Source: Octopus vulgaris (taxonomy: Eukaryota). Taken from it: a DNA stretch of 64,000 nt. The DNA lies in assembly GCA_951406725.2 (NCBI GenBank), contig OX597818.1:42718001-42782000 (forward strand). The letters are read 5' to 3'. The notes under the pieces were generated by a model, which did not search any database, was not told where the DNA came from, and was given only the letters and a program-made list of their open reading frames with translations. Positions 27,808 through 38,200 of this stretch are shown here, one piece after another (the first letter of the stretch is position 1; the number at the start of each line of letters is the position of its first letter). The position numbers and the translations under genes were made by a program.

Positions 27808-30800
27808 TGTCTCTTTAAATGGTTATCATGATTCTCCCACAAGCTAATTGGTTTAGTTTTGTTACACATTCTAATTGTTTGATTTAACTTAACACATGAC
27901 ACTGGTCAACAAGTATTTTTCATCAAGCATATGTCAAGATGTACTTAGTGTAGTTTTTTAATGCTGATTTTAAATATACAATTAGTTTTTTTGACATCAT
28001 GTACAGTTTTCAAGATAAGAAAGTTTTTTGGTTTTAGCTCATGCATTACACATCATTAATTGGAATTTCTATATAATGCATGAGCTAAAACTGCATTGTA
28101 CTCCAGTGTCTGCTATGGCATGGTTTATACAGCTGAGTGCCCTTCCTAATTTCAACCACTTTACAGTGTGTGCTGAGTGCTTTTTACATGCCACCAGCAC
28201 TAATGAGGTCACCATGTAGCTCACAAGACAACAAACCCAGTGAGGGAAGATGCTGCCTTTGTATTCACGTGGGAGTTATGGTATGAGGAAGCAGGTTCTT
28301 GTTGTAGAGGAGCTACATGACTACTCATTTTTAGGAGAGCTAGTGAGAATGGGAGATGGACAGTGGTACTGAGGTGTGTATGTGGCACCACAAGTAGCAA
28401 GGGTCGCAGTGGGGGAATGGGGCAGGGTTGCAAGAGCAGTGGGGGAAATGAGAGAGGGAAGTAGGTAAAATCTGTAAAAAATGAGGGAAGTGGGTGCATG
28501 AATTGGGGATGATACAGGGATACTGGCAGTACAGTGGTAACAATATCACTGACAGTGAGAAGAGATGATAGGTTTGAGTCGGCTGCAGAAACAGAGTAGA
28601 AAGATAAAGGCGTAATGCATGAGGATACATATATATATATATATATATCATCATCATCATCAATTGACATCTGTTTTCTATGTTGGCATGGGTTGGATGG
28701 TTTCACAGGACCTGAGAAGCTACTTATAAATGTTACATATTGTGTGAAAATAACTTTAGTGAGAAGAACCATAGAGACACAAAAACCAAGCACCAAGTTA
28801 CCGAAAACAAAATTAGTGAAAGAATAAACCTAACCCATGCATCTTTCCACCTCCTCCCCAGTTTCTATGCAAAGCCATAAACTATGCCAACCCCAGAGAT
28901 TGTGATGAACAGATAGGATATCATCATCATCACTTAACGTCCATTGTCCATGCTGAAAGAAGCTCAATAATACATGATAATATGTGTGCGTGTCTTTTTG
29001 TCTGTTTGTCATTCACCACCACTTGACAACTGATGTTGGGATGTTTACATCCTTGTAATCTAGCAGTTCAGTAAAATACATTGATAGAATAAGTACCAGG
29101 AATTAAAAAAAATGTCTCCCTCTACCCCGGATTCCTTCCACTGTTTGGGAGTGGCACTTCTTCACACAGCACTCCTTGTCCATCTGCAGTACATGACCAT
29201 ACCAACACAAGCGTCTCTCTTGCATGCCACATCCGATGCTTCTTATGTCTAACATTTCTCTGAGGGTGCTTACACTCTGTTGTGTGTACACACTGACATT
29301 ACACATGCTAACTACATTTCTTTCAAGCCTGCGCATGTCTTCAACAGTCATGGCTCATGTTTCCATGCCATGAAGCATGGCAGTTCACACACAGACATCA
29401 TACAATCTACCTTTCATTCTGAGCAAGAGACCTTTTGTCACCAGTAGGGGTAGAAGCTTTCTGAACTTTGCCCAGCCTATCCTTATTCTAGTGGTAACAC
29501 TCTCTGAGTATCCACCCCCACTACAGACTTGGTCACCTAGTTAGTGGAAGCTATCAACTACTTCTAGTTTCTTCCCCTGGCATGTGATGGAATCTGTTTT
29601 CTGAGTGTCTGTGGTGTTTATTGCCCCTCTGTATCTGCTGTACACAAAAGCGATCTTCCCAGTTAATTTTCCTTTGATGTTGCTGCACCTCTCATGTGTC
29701 CATAGCTTACACTGGGTACATCTTATGGAGTTTCTACCTACACCTTTTCTACAGATCGAGCAGGACTGCCTACCTGAAAGGGTGTGTGATGTGTTCGCCT
29801 TCCTATTTACTAGAACTTTGGTCTTTGCAACATTGACTCTAAGGCCCTTTGATTCTAAACCTTGCTTCCACACCTGAAATTTCTTCTCTAGTTCTGGTAG
29901 TGATTCTGCTATGAGGGCCAGGTCATCAGCATAGAGGAGCTCCCAGGGGCAACCTGTCTTGAATTCCTCTGTTATTGCTTGGAGGGTTATGATGAATAAG
30001 AGGAGGCTGATCCTTGGTGAACCCCTACTTCTACCCGGAATTCTTCACTGTACTCACTGCCAATCCTAACCCTTCTAATGGCATCTCTGTATAGGCCTTG
30101 TACAGCCTTTAGTAACTATTTGTCAATCCCCAGTTTCTGCATCGCCTACCAGATAAGGGATTGGGGAACCCTGTCAAAGGCTTTCTCCAAGTCCACAAAG
30201 CCAAGTATAGGGGTTGATCTTTGGCTAGGTATTTCTCCTGCAGTTGCTGTACCAGGAATATAGCATCAGTGGTGCTTCTACCTGGCACAAACCCAAACTG
30301 CATCTCATCTAAGTTGATGCTCTCCCTAATTAGTTGTGCTATGACCTTCATCACCTGATCCAGCAGTTTGATACCCCTATAGTTATTTCTATCTAAAACA
30401 TCACCTCTACCTTTGTAACAGTTGACTATGGTGCTGCTACACCAGTCATTGGGTATGACTCCATCATGAACTACCTGGTTTACAATACAGGTGACTAGGC
30501 CATAGCTCACACCACCAGATGTTTTAAGCATCTCACAGTGATTCCTGATGGGCCGGGGGCTTTTCCTGGCTTCATACCCTTAATTGCTTTATCTACCAGA
30601 GAGCTGTCTATTCGGATAGCTGGTCCCTCTACTGGATCAACATTTGGCAGGCTCTCCTCCTCCCATTCGTTCTCCACATTCAGCAGTCTTTCATAATGGC
30701 TTCTCCAAGCCCCTTTCTTTGCAGAATCATTAAAAGCAAGTACAAATTCATCCATGCAGACACATTTCTCTTCTGTGACATCACAATGTTCTCTCACACA

Positions 30801-32356
30801 CTGCCTTGCAATCTGAAATACTTCAGTTCTTTGGTCCTCACATTGCTGGACATTGGCAAACTTCTTTTCTGCTTCACCCTTGGCTATGTATACCTGTTAC
30901 TTGGCCTCCCTTTTGGCTATCTGGTACAGTTCCCTGTTACCCCCACCCTTCCAGTCTGTTTCTTTGCTCTGATGGTTTTGTCTACCATATTATTCCACCA
31001 CCACATTACTCTAGGTCTGGAAGGGACTTTGGTCTGTGGCACTCGGTAAGCTGTCCCATAGGAATTTCCAGCTACCTTCTTTGTCCAAAGACTGTAGCTC
31101 CTCCTCCCACTCAAATTTCTTGATGAGAATGTCCCTAAATCTCTGACCATGTGAAGGGTTCTTTAACTTCCAAATCTTTCTCTTTTGGATTGGTCTGCTT
31201 CTTGGCATCCTTCTGGTCTCGAGTCGAAAGTCACTAATGACTAGTGTATGCTGGGGGGAGGGGTGCATTCCTCACCTGGGAGGATCTTTGTATTTAAGAG
31301 CAACCCTGTGTCCTGCTGTCTGGTGAGGATGAAATCAATTTCGCTAGCATTCACCTGATTGATAGGTTATCCAGTGGCTGTCTGGCTTCCTGAACTTAGT
31401 GTTACAGATGAAAAGGTTGCATGCATCACAGAACTCCAGTAGCCTAGTTCCTTCATCGTTCCAGGAACCAATACCATGGCCCGTGTACACCAGTGAAGAT
31501 ACCTGATTTCCGTCCAATATGCCCATTGAAATATCCAGCCACAAAGATGTCAATGCCACTCGTCTTTGAGATAGCTTGTAGAAGGGTATCATAAAAGTGG
31601 TCCTTCTGATCATTTGGCAGTCCCGCTTGTGAGGCGTAGACTGTGATAATTGTTCTGCAGGACTAGCTTGAACTTAAGCACTCTATCACACACCCTGACA
31701 ACCTCCATGACCGTATCCACCCATTTCTCCGCAAGGAGTATGCCTGTACCCTCTACTCCATCCATGTTACCTTGCCAGAAAATTTTATACCTATGTACCT
31801 TGCCTATGAGGACCTTAGTTGAAGCTCCTCTCCATCTTACCTCTTGTATGCAGCATACATTGACCCGTCTCCTTTCAGTGAATTTGGAGAACATAATTCA
31901 ATATAACAAGATAATAATACCTATTGGTGGGGGGATGGGGACGCCAGAGCTGGTTGAGAAAACCTCAGATTGTATGGGTGTTAACTGTAAGCAATTTATT
32001 TCTTCAACATTCTGAGTTCAGTTGTCACCTCAGTCAACTCTGATCTCATTTCCCCATATCTGTTAGATGTCAGTACTAAATCAATTAATTATATTGGTCT
32101 TGTTAAAAAAAAATGCAAGCCTTTATAGGAATCTATTACTGCAATTTTAATGTTTATTTATGTATCTCTTTCTGTTGTAGGGATGAATGCTATAGCATTG
32201 TATATGGGCCACGAAATCTTTGTTTGCAAATTCCCAATATACTGGAAAATAGAAAGCAATCACGTATCTCATTACCTAATGAATTTATGGGGTGCAACAT
32301 TTTGGTTTTTAATTGCTGCTTTTATGCATTACAAAGAACTATATATCTCAATCTAA
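1905..32356 (+). CDS. HGSNAT: Heparan-alpha-glucosaminide N-acetyltransferase (lysosomal transmembrane acetyltransferase), 5'-partial, 15 coding exons: 1905-2017, 5233-5339, 7212-7278, 8673-8730, 9645-9748, 10459-10566, 11519-11670, 14389-14501, 16287-16408, 16997-17123, 20616-20702, 22208-22282, 25487-25557, 27104-27216, 32181-32356
   Basis: Exons join in frame via GT-AG (1593 nt including stop). Family motifs [110 protein letters not shown]. Confidence 0.97.
2090..2652 (+). mobile_element. Degenerate RTE LINE 3' fragment with (GAT)n tail
   Basis: Remnant [13 protein letters not shown] codons followed by the shared RTE 3' tail. Confidence 0.8.
3063..3283. mobile_element. piggyBac-type MITE
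   Basis: TTAA|CCCTTTCGTTAC ... GTAACAAAAGGG|TTAA; further copies at 40763-40971 and ~59455-59673. Confidence 0.85.
3624..4101 (+). mobile_element. Two full-length tandem SINEs (family of 839-1434)
   Basis: Two heads; GGTATTACCATT occurs before, between and after the copies. Confidence 0.85.
4507..4661 (-). mobile_element. RTE 3'-tail insertion with 19-bp TSD
   Basis: TAGACATAAAC(C/T)AAAACAT at 4488-4506 and 4662-4680; (CAT)n tail. Confidence 0.9.
4965..5170 (-). mobile_element. Probable Penelope-like element pseudo-LTR fragment with minimal hammerhead-like motif
   Basis: Minus strand TCGAAGA-G-tgtaggct-C-GAAA-CG-TA at 5116-5079. Confidence 0.5.
5233..5339 (+). CDS. HGSNAT: HGSNAT exon ([35 protein letters not shown])
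   Basis: ttttag / gtatgt; resembles FGEFGNYSL...C...P luminal segment. Confidence 0.9.
5780..6460 (-). mobile_element. RTE LINE 3' UTR copy
   Basis: (CAT)n tail, shared tail, diverged ~60-bp array. Confidence 0.85.
7212..7278 (+). CDS. HGSNAT: HGSNAT exon (TM1, [22 protein letters not shown])
   Basis: tttccag / gtaata; hydrophobic helix, phases fit. Confidence 0.9.
8673..8730 (+). CDS. HGSNAT: HGSNAT exon ([19 protein letters not shown])
   Basis: ttacag / gtaagt; aligns with the ETDRLINSE-type cytosolic loop. Confidence 0.88.
9017..9225 (-). mobile_element. CR1/L2-type LINE 3' end
   Basis: Minus strand encodes [30 protein letters not shown], then a (TAACT)n tail. Confidence 0.8.
9645..9748 (+). 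CDS. HGSNAT: HGSNAT exon (DLGSP...[10 protein letters not shown])
   Basis: tttgtag / gtaagt; signature motif. Confidence 0.96.
10459..10566 (+). CDS. HGSNAT: HGSNAT exon containing catalytic His ([18 protein letters not shown])
   Basis: cctccag / gtaaga; signature motif. Confidence 0.97.
10810..11218 (+). mobile_element. RTE 3' UTR copy (another at 10010-10220)
   Basis: GGTGGCACRTAAAAAGCACC array, shared tail, (GAT)n. Confidence 0.88.
11519..11670 (+). CDS. HGSNAT: HGSNAT exon ([13 protein letters not shown]...[13 protein letters not shown])
   Basis: tttcag / gtaagt; within ORF 11457..11786. Confidence 0.96.
11953..12830 (-). mobile_element. Two RTE 3' UTR copies (11953-12326, 12565-12830)
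   Basis: (CAT)n plus shared tail in reverse orientation. Confidence 0.88.
13700..14222 (+). repeat. 4 x 125-bp tandem repeat derived from the RTE tail, ABAB higher order
   Basis: Units start at 13700, 13825, 13950, 14075; diagnostic bases alternate. Confidence 0.92.
14389..14501 (+). CDS. HGSNAT: HGSNAT exon ([18 protein letters not shown])
   Basis: ctccag / gtaaag; signature motif. Confidence 0.96.
15526..15712 (+). mobile_element. Young RTE 3' tail copy
   Basis: Near-identical to ends of the 23.8-kb and 57.1-kb copies. Confidence 0.88.
15797..16200 (+). mobile_element. tRNA-derived SINE (CORE/V-like central region) with internal ~60-bp duplication
   Basis: TGGCTCAGTGG A box, GTTCGATTCC B box, TCTTGAGCAAGACACTT; duplication at 15958-16079. 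Confidence 0.82.
16287..16408 (+). CDS. HGSNAT: HGSNAT exon ([10 protein letters not shown]...LPVPGCPT)
   Basis: tttcag / gtaagt. Confidence 0.96.
16997..17123 (+). CDS. HGSNAT: HGSNAT exon (GYLGPGG...[12 protein letters not shown]...HMY)
   Basis: atgcag / gtattt; signature motif. Confidence 0.96.
17589..17816 (-). mobile_element. SINE (family of 839-1434) with ~22-bp TSD
   Basis: CTACAGCATAA(C/T)A-CCTGTTTCT on both flanks; other copies at 43253-43437 and 52363-52597. Confidence 0.85.
20062..20450 (+). mobile_element. tRNA-derived CORE-type SINE with internal (TG)n
   Basis: GTGGCTGTGTGG / GGTTCAGTACC boxes, CCTTGGGCAAGTG core; relatives at 19580-19820(-), 36750-37160, 39920-40120. Confidence 0.82.
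20616..20702 (+). CDS. HGSNAT: HGSNAT exon ([12 protein letters not shown]...FLGLQ)
   Basis: ttcatag / gtttgt; signature motif. Confidence 0.96.
21045..21391. mobile_element. Fold-back insertion, probable Penelope-like inverted pseudo-LTR; 137-bp inverted arms
   Basis: Arms 21103-21239 and 21255-21391; TGATTCAAAAA duplicated at 21034-21044 and 21391-21401; hammerhead-like fold in each arm. Confidence 0.7.
22208..22282 (+). CDS. HGSNAT: HGSNAT exon (AGKIFLMF...RFCIWGVVI)
   Basis: tttcag / gtgagt. Confidence 0.95.
22441..23888 (+). mobile_element. Young 5'-truncated RTE LINE: intact ORF C-terminus (22545-23186), 3' UTR array, (GAT)n tail
   Basis: [39 protein letters not shown] are RTE C-terminal motifs. 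Confidence 0.95.
24381..25083 (+). mobile_element. RTE 3' UTR copy (older subfamily)
   Basis: ORF end remnant, array, tail. Confidence 0.85.
25487..25557 (+). CDS. HGSNAT: HGSNAT exon (GAIALGL...[10 protein letters not shown])
   Basis: ttatag / gtatgt; signature motif. Confidence 0.96.
26000..26570 (+). pseudogene. Highly degraded RTE reverse-transcriptase fragment
   Basis: [23 protein letters not shown]. Confidence 0.75.
27104..27216 (+). CDS. HGSNAT: HGSNAT exon (SVSFIF...IDV...[10 protein letters not shown])
   Basis: tttcag / gtaagt. Confidence 0.96.
27315..27768 (+). mobile_element. RTE 3' UTR copy
   Basis: Array, shared tail, (GAT)n. Confidence 0.85.
29117..31880 (-). mobile_element. 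Near full-length frameshifted RTE LINE (APE endonuclease, RT, PHD-like zinc finger, C-terminus)
   Basis: [10 protein letters not shown] (APE), [33 protein letters not shown] (about 29915-29945), CSICRKG...[19 protein letters not shown]; multiple stops and frameshifts. Confidence 0.95.
32181..32356 (+). CDS. HGSNAT: HGSNAT last coding exon ([12 protein letters not shown]...ELYISI*)
   Basis: ttgtag acceptor; TAA stop at 32354-32356. Confidence 0.96.
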
Positions 32357-34629
32357 TCATGTTGGAACAATTCCTAGGCATCTGATTCAAACTATATGAA
32401 GTGAACTGATTTAATTTTTGTTTTTGTCTATTATTTTCTTTATTCTATAAAGTATGCCATCTTCATCTAAAAACTTCTATATAATATGTGCATATTTTGT
32501 ATACTATGCAAATAATTAAAAGAATAATTATTTTAGAGTATCTTTTGTAGAATATGAAAAAAAAAATCCATTTTCAAGTCCTTTTCTATTTAAAAAAAAT
32601 TCTAAAAATGAACAAATTCAGAAAAATTCAACTTACAAAAGATATTTTTTCATCAAATAATTTTTTAAACATCATAAAACTATATTTGTTAGGCTTTCTT
32701 CCCTATACAAATATTGAATGTTTTATAATCCTTCTATCATTGCATAAAATTATAATCTAAATGCCATATTGTATATAAGAGCATCAGTAATTTTAAATAT
32801 ATTACTAAAAAGTTTCTTCCAAGTGAGATCAGATTAAGTCCAAAGTTCACTAGATTTAGATTTATAACATTGTGATGTGATGATTGTCAAGTTTCTGATT
32901 AAAGAAGCTTTGTGGTGAATGTCACAATATAGTAACCATCAGACTTATTACTTGATTATTCTTCTGGTGCAATGTTTAAAATCAAGTTAATTTTCTCAGA
33001 TGAACATATAGCTGTTTTATGATTAAGGTATTTTTTAAACAATACACTAGGACTATTTTAATGAGTTTTAGGTTCAAATCCTGCCCTGGTTGACTTTGCC
33101 TTTCATCAATCCAGGAGTGAAAAAAACAGAAAATCAAAGTGCCAAACATGAAACAAAATTAATAGAATTCACTATACTCTTAAATGTACTGCCCTAACAT
33201 TACTTTAGTCTAATGGCTGAAACCTGTAAAAAAAATAGGAACATTTCAGTTTTTCAATTATCAGTAATATTTACTGTTCTAACTATAAACATGAACCCAA
33301 ACTCTAACCTAGAATCAGCTGTCACTTTATATATTTGATTGATTGGTCTCTCTTAGAGAAATTAAAGTAATATTTTTAATACACCTAACATAGTACTGCA
33401 TGTATCCATCCTCATTCCAGTTTCATCTTGGGAGGGTTTGAGTCGAACACTTGAAAGTTTAAAACAACATTCAATTATAGTATAAGCTCCTTGCTGTTGT
33501 AGCAAGGAGCTTTAATGCAAATGATTTTTTATTTACTCTTAGGTGCACTATTTTAGATTTAAAGATACAAACCAATGAATCTTTGGCCAATGACTTGTTA
33601 CTTTTTTTTGGGGTTTTGTTTTTTCAAAACAATAATTCTGATATATGATAACATACATATTTCACTTAAACTTAAGTTTGACGTTTAAACTTAATCACAA
33701 CAGTTCACTTGTGTTAAAAAATATATCTGAAAATTAGATTAGTCCTTATTCAAAACAGGACAACTGGTCTATCATTGATTGCATCTTAAATTCTTTACCT
33801 GTGATATATAAACTGAAGTATTTATTTTTTATGCCTCCTCTTGAATATAAGATTAAATACTCATGCTCTTCTCTCGATTTGATTTATTATTAGGGCAAAT
33901 TCTTTGTAAACATTAATCAATTATTAAGTGCTTTGGAGATGTAACTGGTTTATATCACACAAATACTCAGTTATTATTATTATTATTAATGGGACTAAAA
34001 GTTTTAAACTTTATTTAAGCATCAATTGCTTATGACATCCTTATATCATTTTCATGTTTACCCAGCTGTGCATGGAACTGTTACAATTTTTGCATATTAA
34101 AATATGATCAATTTTTATATCAAATGTTTGTGTCTTCATTTTTGTAAATGTTTACTTCGATTATTGGAACTTAGCAACTGTCTGGTTGATTTTTTTTTTT
34201 TTTTAACTATATTAAATATTATGTCATTTATATATCAATCCTAAAGTTTGTTTATATTGCTTGATATTTGAAGAATTCCCTTTCTACTACCTCAAAATAC
34301 TTTTATTTCCCACGTTTTCAAAACTAGCATGGTGTTTATCAAAAATAACAATGTAACATTGGTGCCCCAGCATAGCCGCGGCCTTCGGGCTAAAACATTT
34401 TTAAGGATACTGGAAAGTTACAGGTCTTTCCCCACCACTATTCTAGCATAGAATATTATGTATTACCTCAGTATTACATACACATTCCAACTTCTTTGTT
34501 CCAAACTTATGCATAACCTGGCCTCAGTCTTGGACACCATCAGTTACATAATAGCTTTCATTACATATTCAATATCACAGCTTAATGCTTGAGTTGGAAT
34601 TCAGAACGAACACCAGAATGAATATATCA

Positions 34630-34880
34630 TCATCATTTAGCATCCATTGTCCATGCTGGCATGGGTTGGACAGTTTGACCAGGGCTGGCAAACTGGAAGA
34701 CTGCACCAGATTCCAGTCTGATTTGGCATGCCCTTCCTAACACCAACCACTCCGAGGATATAATGGGTGCTTTTATGTGCCACCAGCATGGGTGCCATTT
34801 GCACCATGACTGAAATTCCACTTGGCTTGATGGGTCTTCTTGACATAATGCCTAAGGTTTCGGTCATTGCCTCCATGAGA
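34630..34880 (-). mobile_element. Diverged RTE tail copy between the two genes
   Basis: (CAT)n plus shared tail. Confidence 0.8.
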
Positions 34881-34886
34881 CCCAAA

Positions 34887-34917
34887 AATAAAAAAATAAA
34901 AATACTACACAAATAAA
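34887..34917 (+). promoter_or_regulatory. Cluster of AATAAA hexamers; candidate HGSNAT polyadenylation signal
   Basis: First canonical AATAAA I find downstream of the HGSNAT stop (34887, 34895, 34912); earlier ATTAAA variants exist. Confidence 0.35.
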
Positions 34918-35140
34918 AAATTTACTGAATTCTTCATATTAAAAGTATAAAGATGTTGTTCATTTTAATTGAAATATAATGAAAAAAAAATTGCAATCTG
35001 TACAATCTGATGATTTTGGTCATAAGTTGTTAAACAGAATAAAGAGAAGAAATAACTGAAAGACAGCTTTCTTCTGTTAGTTACACCATTACATTTTCAG
35101 TTGAATTATCTTATAGTAATGATTGGAATTGTAGTCATTT

Positions 35141-35232
35141 TTAAAAGAAATCTGTTATTGTCACTGCCAGTGTTTTAATTTCCATTGGTGATAAGGTAAT
35201 CTCAAGACCTTCTTGCTTCTTGAAATAATGAT
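35141..35232 (-). CDS. MAN2B1: MAN2B1-like last coding exon ([19 protein letters not shown])
   Basis: tttcag acceptor; TAA at 35143-35141. Confidence 0.95.
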
Positions 35233-38200
35233 CTGAAATTGGATTTAAAACTATGATAGAATTTTAGGTAAAAATGAATTGAATTTGCTGATAATTTCAA
35301 CAAGATACTGTAAGAAATAATAATTTTCAAATGGTTCTAATAATCTTATAGTTTGAGATTAGAATTAAACTAGTGTTTAACTGGTATTAATTTATGCCAA
35401 AAAAAAGTTAAATACTTACTGTTTGTATGGTATCCATCAGCTTTCCATTTAAGGCGATGTAAATCTGATAAGTTGAGATTAGCACCAAGAACTAATTCTT
35501 CAACGGCAGTAGCGTTAAAGTGGATGAATAAATTCTGAAAAAACAACAAAAGATGAATATAAACAGATTTTCATTGAAAATATTCAAAGATAACATTGAA
35601 AGAAATTTCCTTAATTAAAAGATGTATTCTTTCATAAGAAGGCATAATGAAATCCAAAGTCATTTTATATGAAAATTATCATTAAATTCATTACAGTTCT
35701 TCAACACCAATAGGATTCATTGCACTTGCTAATAGTACTGTAAGGAAAATTATTTCTAGATCATTTACGTAAAAGGCACTTACTATACTCTGTGGAGGTA
35801 TTGGTGTTACGAAGCGTATCCAGCCATAGAAACCGAGCCAAACCAAGCTGGAGCCTGGTACAGCTCTCTGGCCTACCAGATTCCAGTCAAACCATCTAAC
35901 ACATGCCAGCATGGAGACTAGATGCGAAATAATGATGTATTAAATTTTTATTATCACCATCATTTAATGTCCCTTTTTCCATGCTAGCATGGGTTTGGAT
36001 ATCTGACATAAACTGATAAGCCAGAGGATTGTGTCAAGCCCCAATGCCAGGTTTGGCATGATTTCTACAACTGGGTACCCTTCCAGGCTGTACTGTGTAC
36101 TTTTTATCATGGCACCAGCACTGGTGAGATCACCAAGTACCCACAAGGTAGGATCCCTCAACTAAGATAGGCATAGCATTGATGGATATCTATCCACTTT
36201 CAAGTTTTGTTGACATCAAAAGGTAAAATATCAGTTAATTTTATACTGCATGTATATCTAATGTCTTACACAGGTCAAGCAAGAATGTAAGCTACTAGCA
36301 CGTCAAGACTGTAGCTTAGTTTTGACACAAATTCAATTCATATCACATTTCAGAACCCACATCCCTTTAAATACTGAGTCTTTGCAGCAAGTTAAAAACA
36401 TGCTATGTATATAAATATGTGTGTGATATATTCAATTCCTGTTTCTAACACTATCAATGATTTCTATAAAAAATTTCTAACACAATATCAGTACAAGAGA
36501 GGGACACCTCTGCCTCTTCTCCCATACTTGAAACTTCACTCTGATTCAGATTTGAAACTGCCTCATGAAGTTCCTAAATAACCAGTACATATATATATAA
36601 AAAAAAACATATTTAAGCCTTAACTAAAAACAGCAATTTAATATCAGTTGCATATTTATAAATTGATAAAATCAAAGATTCAATATTTTTTTTGGCAAAG
36701 ATACCCACTTTTAAATTACAGGATATTCTAAATTTAGTTAATGATATATAGGTGCATGCATGAGTATGTGGTTAAGGTGCTCACTTCCAAACATGGTTTG
36801 GGGTTCAATTCCACTTCATTGCACTTTGGGCAAATGCCTTGTTCTATAGCTTTGGACTAGCTAAAGCCTTGTGACTGGATTTGGTTGACAAAAACTGAAA
36901 GAAGCTTGTTGTATATATGTGTGTTTATGTCTCCTTGTCTTGACATCACGTTATAGTTTCAAATGAGCATCACTGTCATACAAGCAGTGTCAATGTTTCC
37001 AATCTTCTGTAGAAACAAGTCTGGTCAAAGGGAAATATCATCTTAGTTGGAGACAGTTGAGGTCTTAGTGACAAGAAGGACATCTTGTCCTAGAAAATCT
37101 AGCCTTAAAAAATTCCATCCAATTTGTGCAAGCATGGAAAAGTGGACATTAAAATTATAATATATGTGTGGGTGTGCGCCTTCATGTCATTGCTCTTCTG
37201 ATTATTTCTAAACTCCTATATATTAAAGAATCACTTAATATAACATTTTCAAAACTAGTAAAATGTTTGTCTTCTTTCACTTCCAAAAATATTGGAATTT
37301 CCTTTTTGCTTATCTTCTTGTCTAACTAAACTGATGCATTCAAATAACACAAAAGCACCAAAAAAAATAGTCAAATCAGCCACTGTTCTTTGATACCCAT
37401 TGAACTCTTAACATATTGTCCCCAGAGTACCATCAACATACATTAAGCAATCATTATGTTTTGTTAATTATAAAAATAAAATATAAAGAAAGTTGAATGG
37501 AATTTTACTGTAGAATCCTTAAATTAACAAAGAAAAAAGTAATAAATGCAACAAAGTATATTTACCTTTAGTGATATTGTCACAGATTTTGAAAATGTGC
37601 CTTCACCTTGCTCAAAGACATGTTCTAGGCGAAGTAGTAATGTACTCTTACCCCATTGTTGTAGAGTTAATAAGTTCACATTACTAGGAAGACTGCTCTT
37701 CATAGCTGCCCACTAAAATGATGCAAAAATTCTTATTACTGTTGTTACTTGTGTCAGTCAAATATGTAATATTCAGCTTTCACGAAACTTCTGAATATGT
37801 ACTTAAGGTGTAAGAAATAGCTGAATTGATATCGAGAAGTAAATCTGTAAAACTGATCAATAAGAAGGTTCTTTTGAGTCAGAAATATATCTGGTATTTG
37901 GTATAATCTGAGAAGTGGTTAGATACCAAGATTTAGATCAAGTGAGAGAAGTAAAATGCTTGGTCTAGTAAAAAAAATATGTGATCAGCTAATGTTTTAT
38001 GAACAGTATCAACCAGTATGAATATCAGTTAGAAAGACAAGTAAACTCTGATAGTATACACAAAGAGCATCAATGTTGCAAGTAAATTACTACCTCAATA
38101 TCCACTGTAAAAAATCAAAATCAAATCAGATATCAGAAAGCAGAACCAAAATCGAAGTCGATCAACATCAATGGAAATTGCAGCTGTGATACCAGTGCCA

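Noticed and set aside
28221-28796. 191-aa minus-strand ORF
   Set aside because: Spans a microsatellite, an RTE tail remnant and a purine-rich tract; no domain signal.
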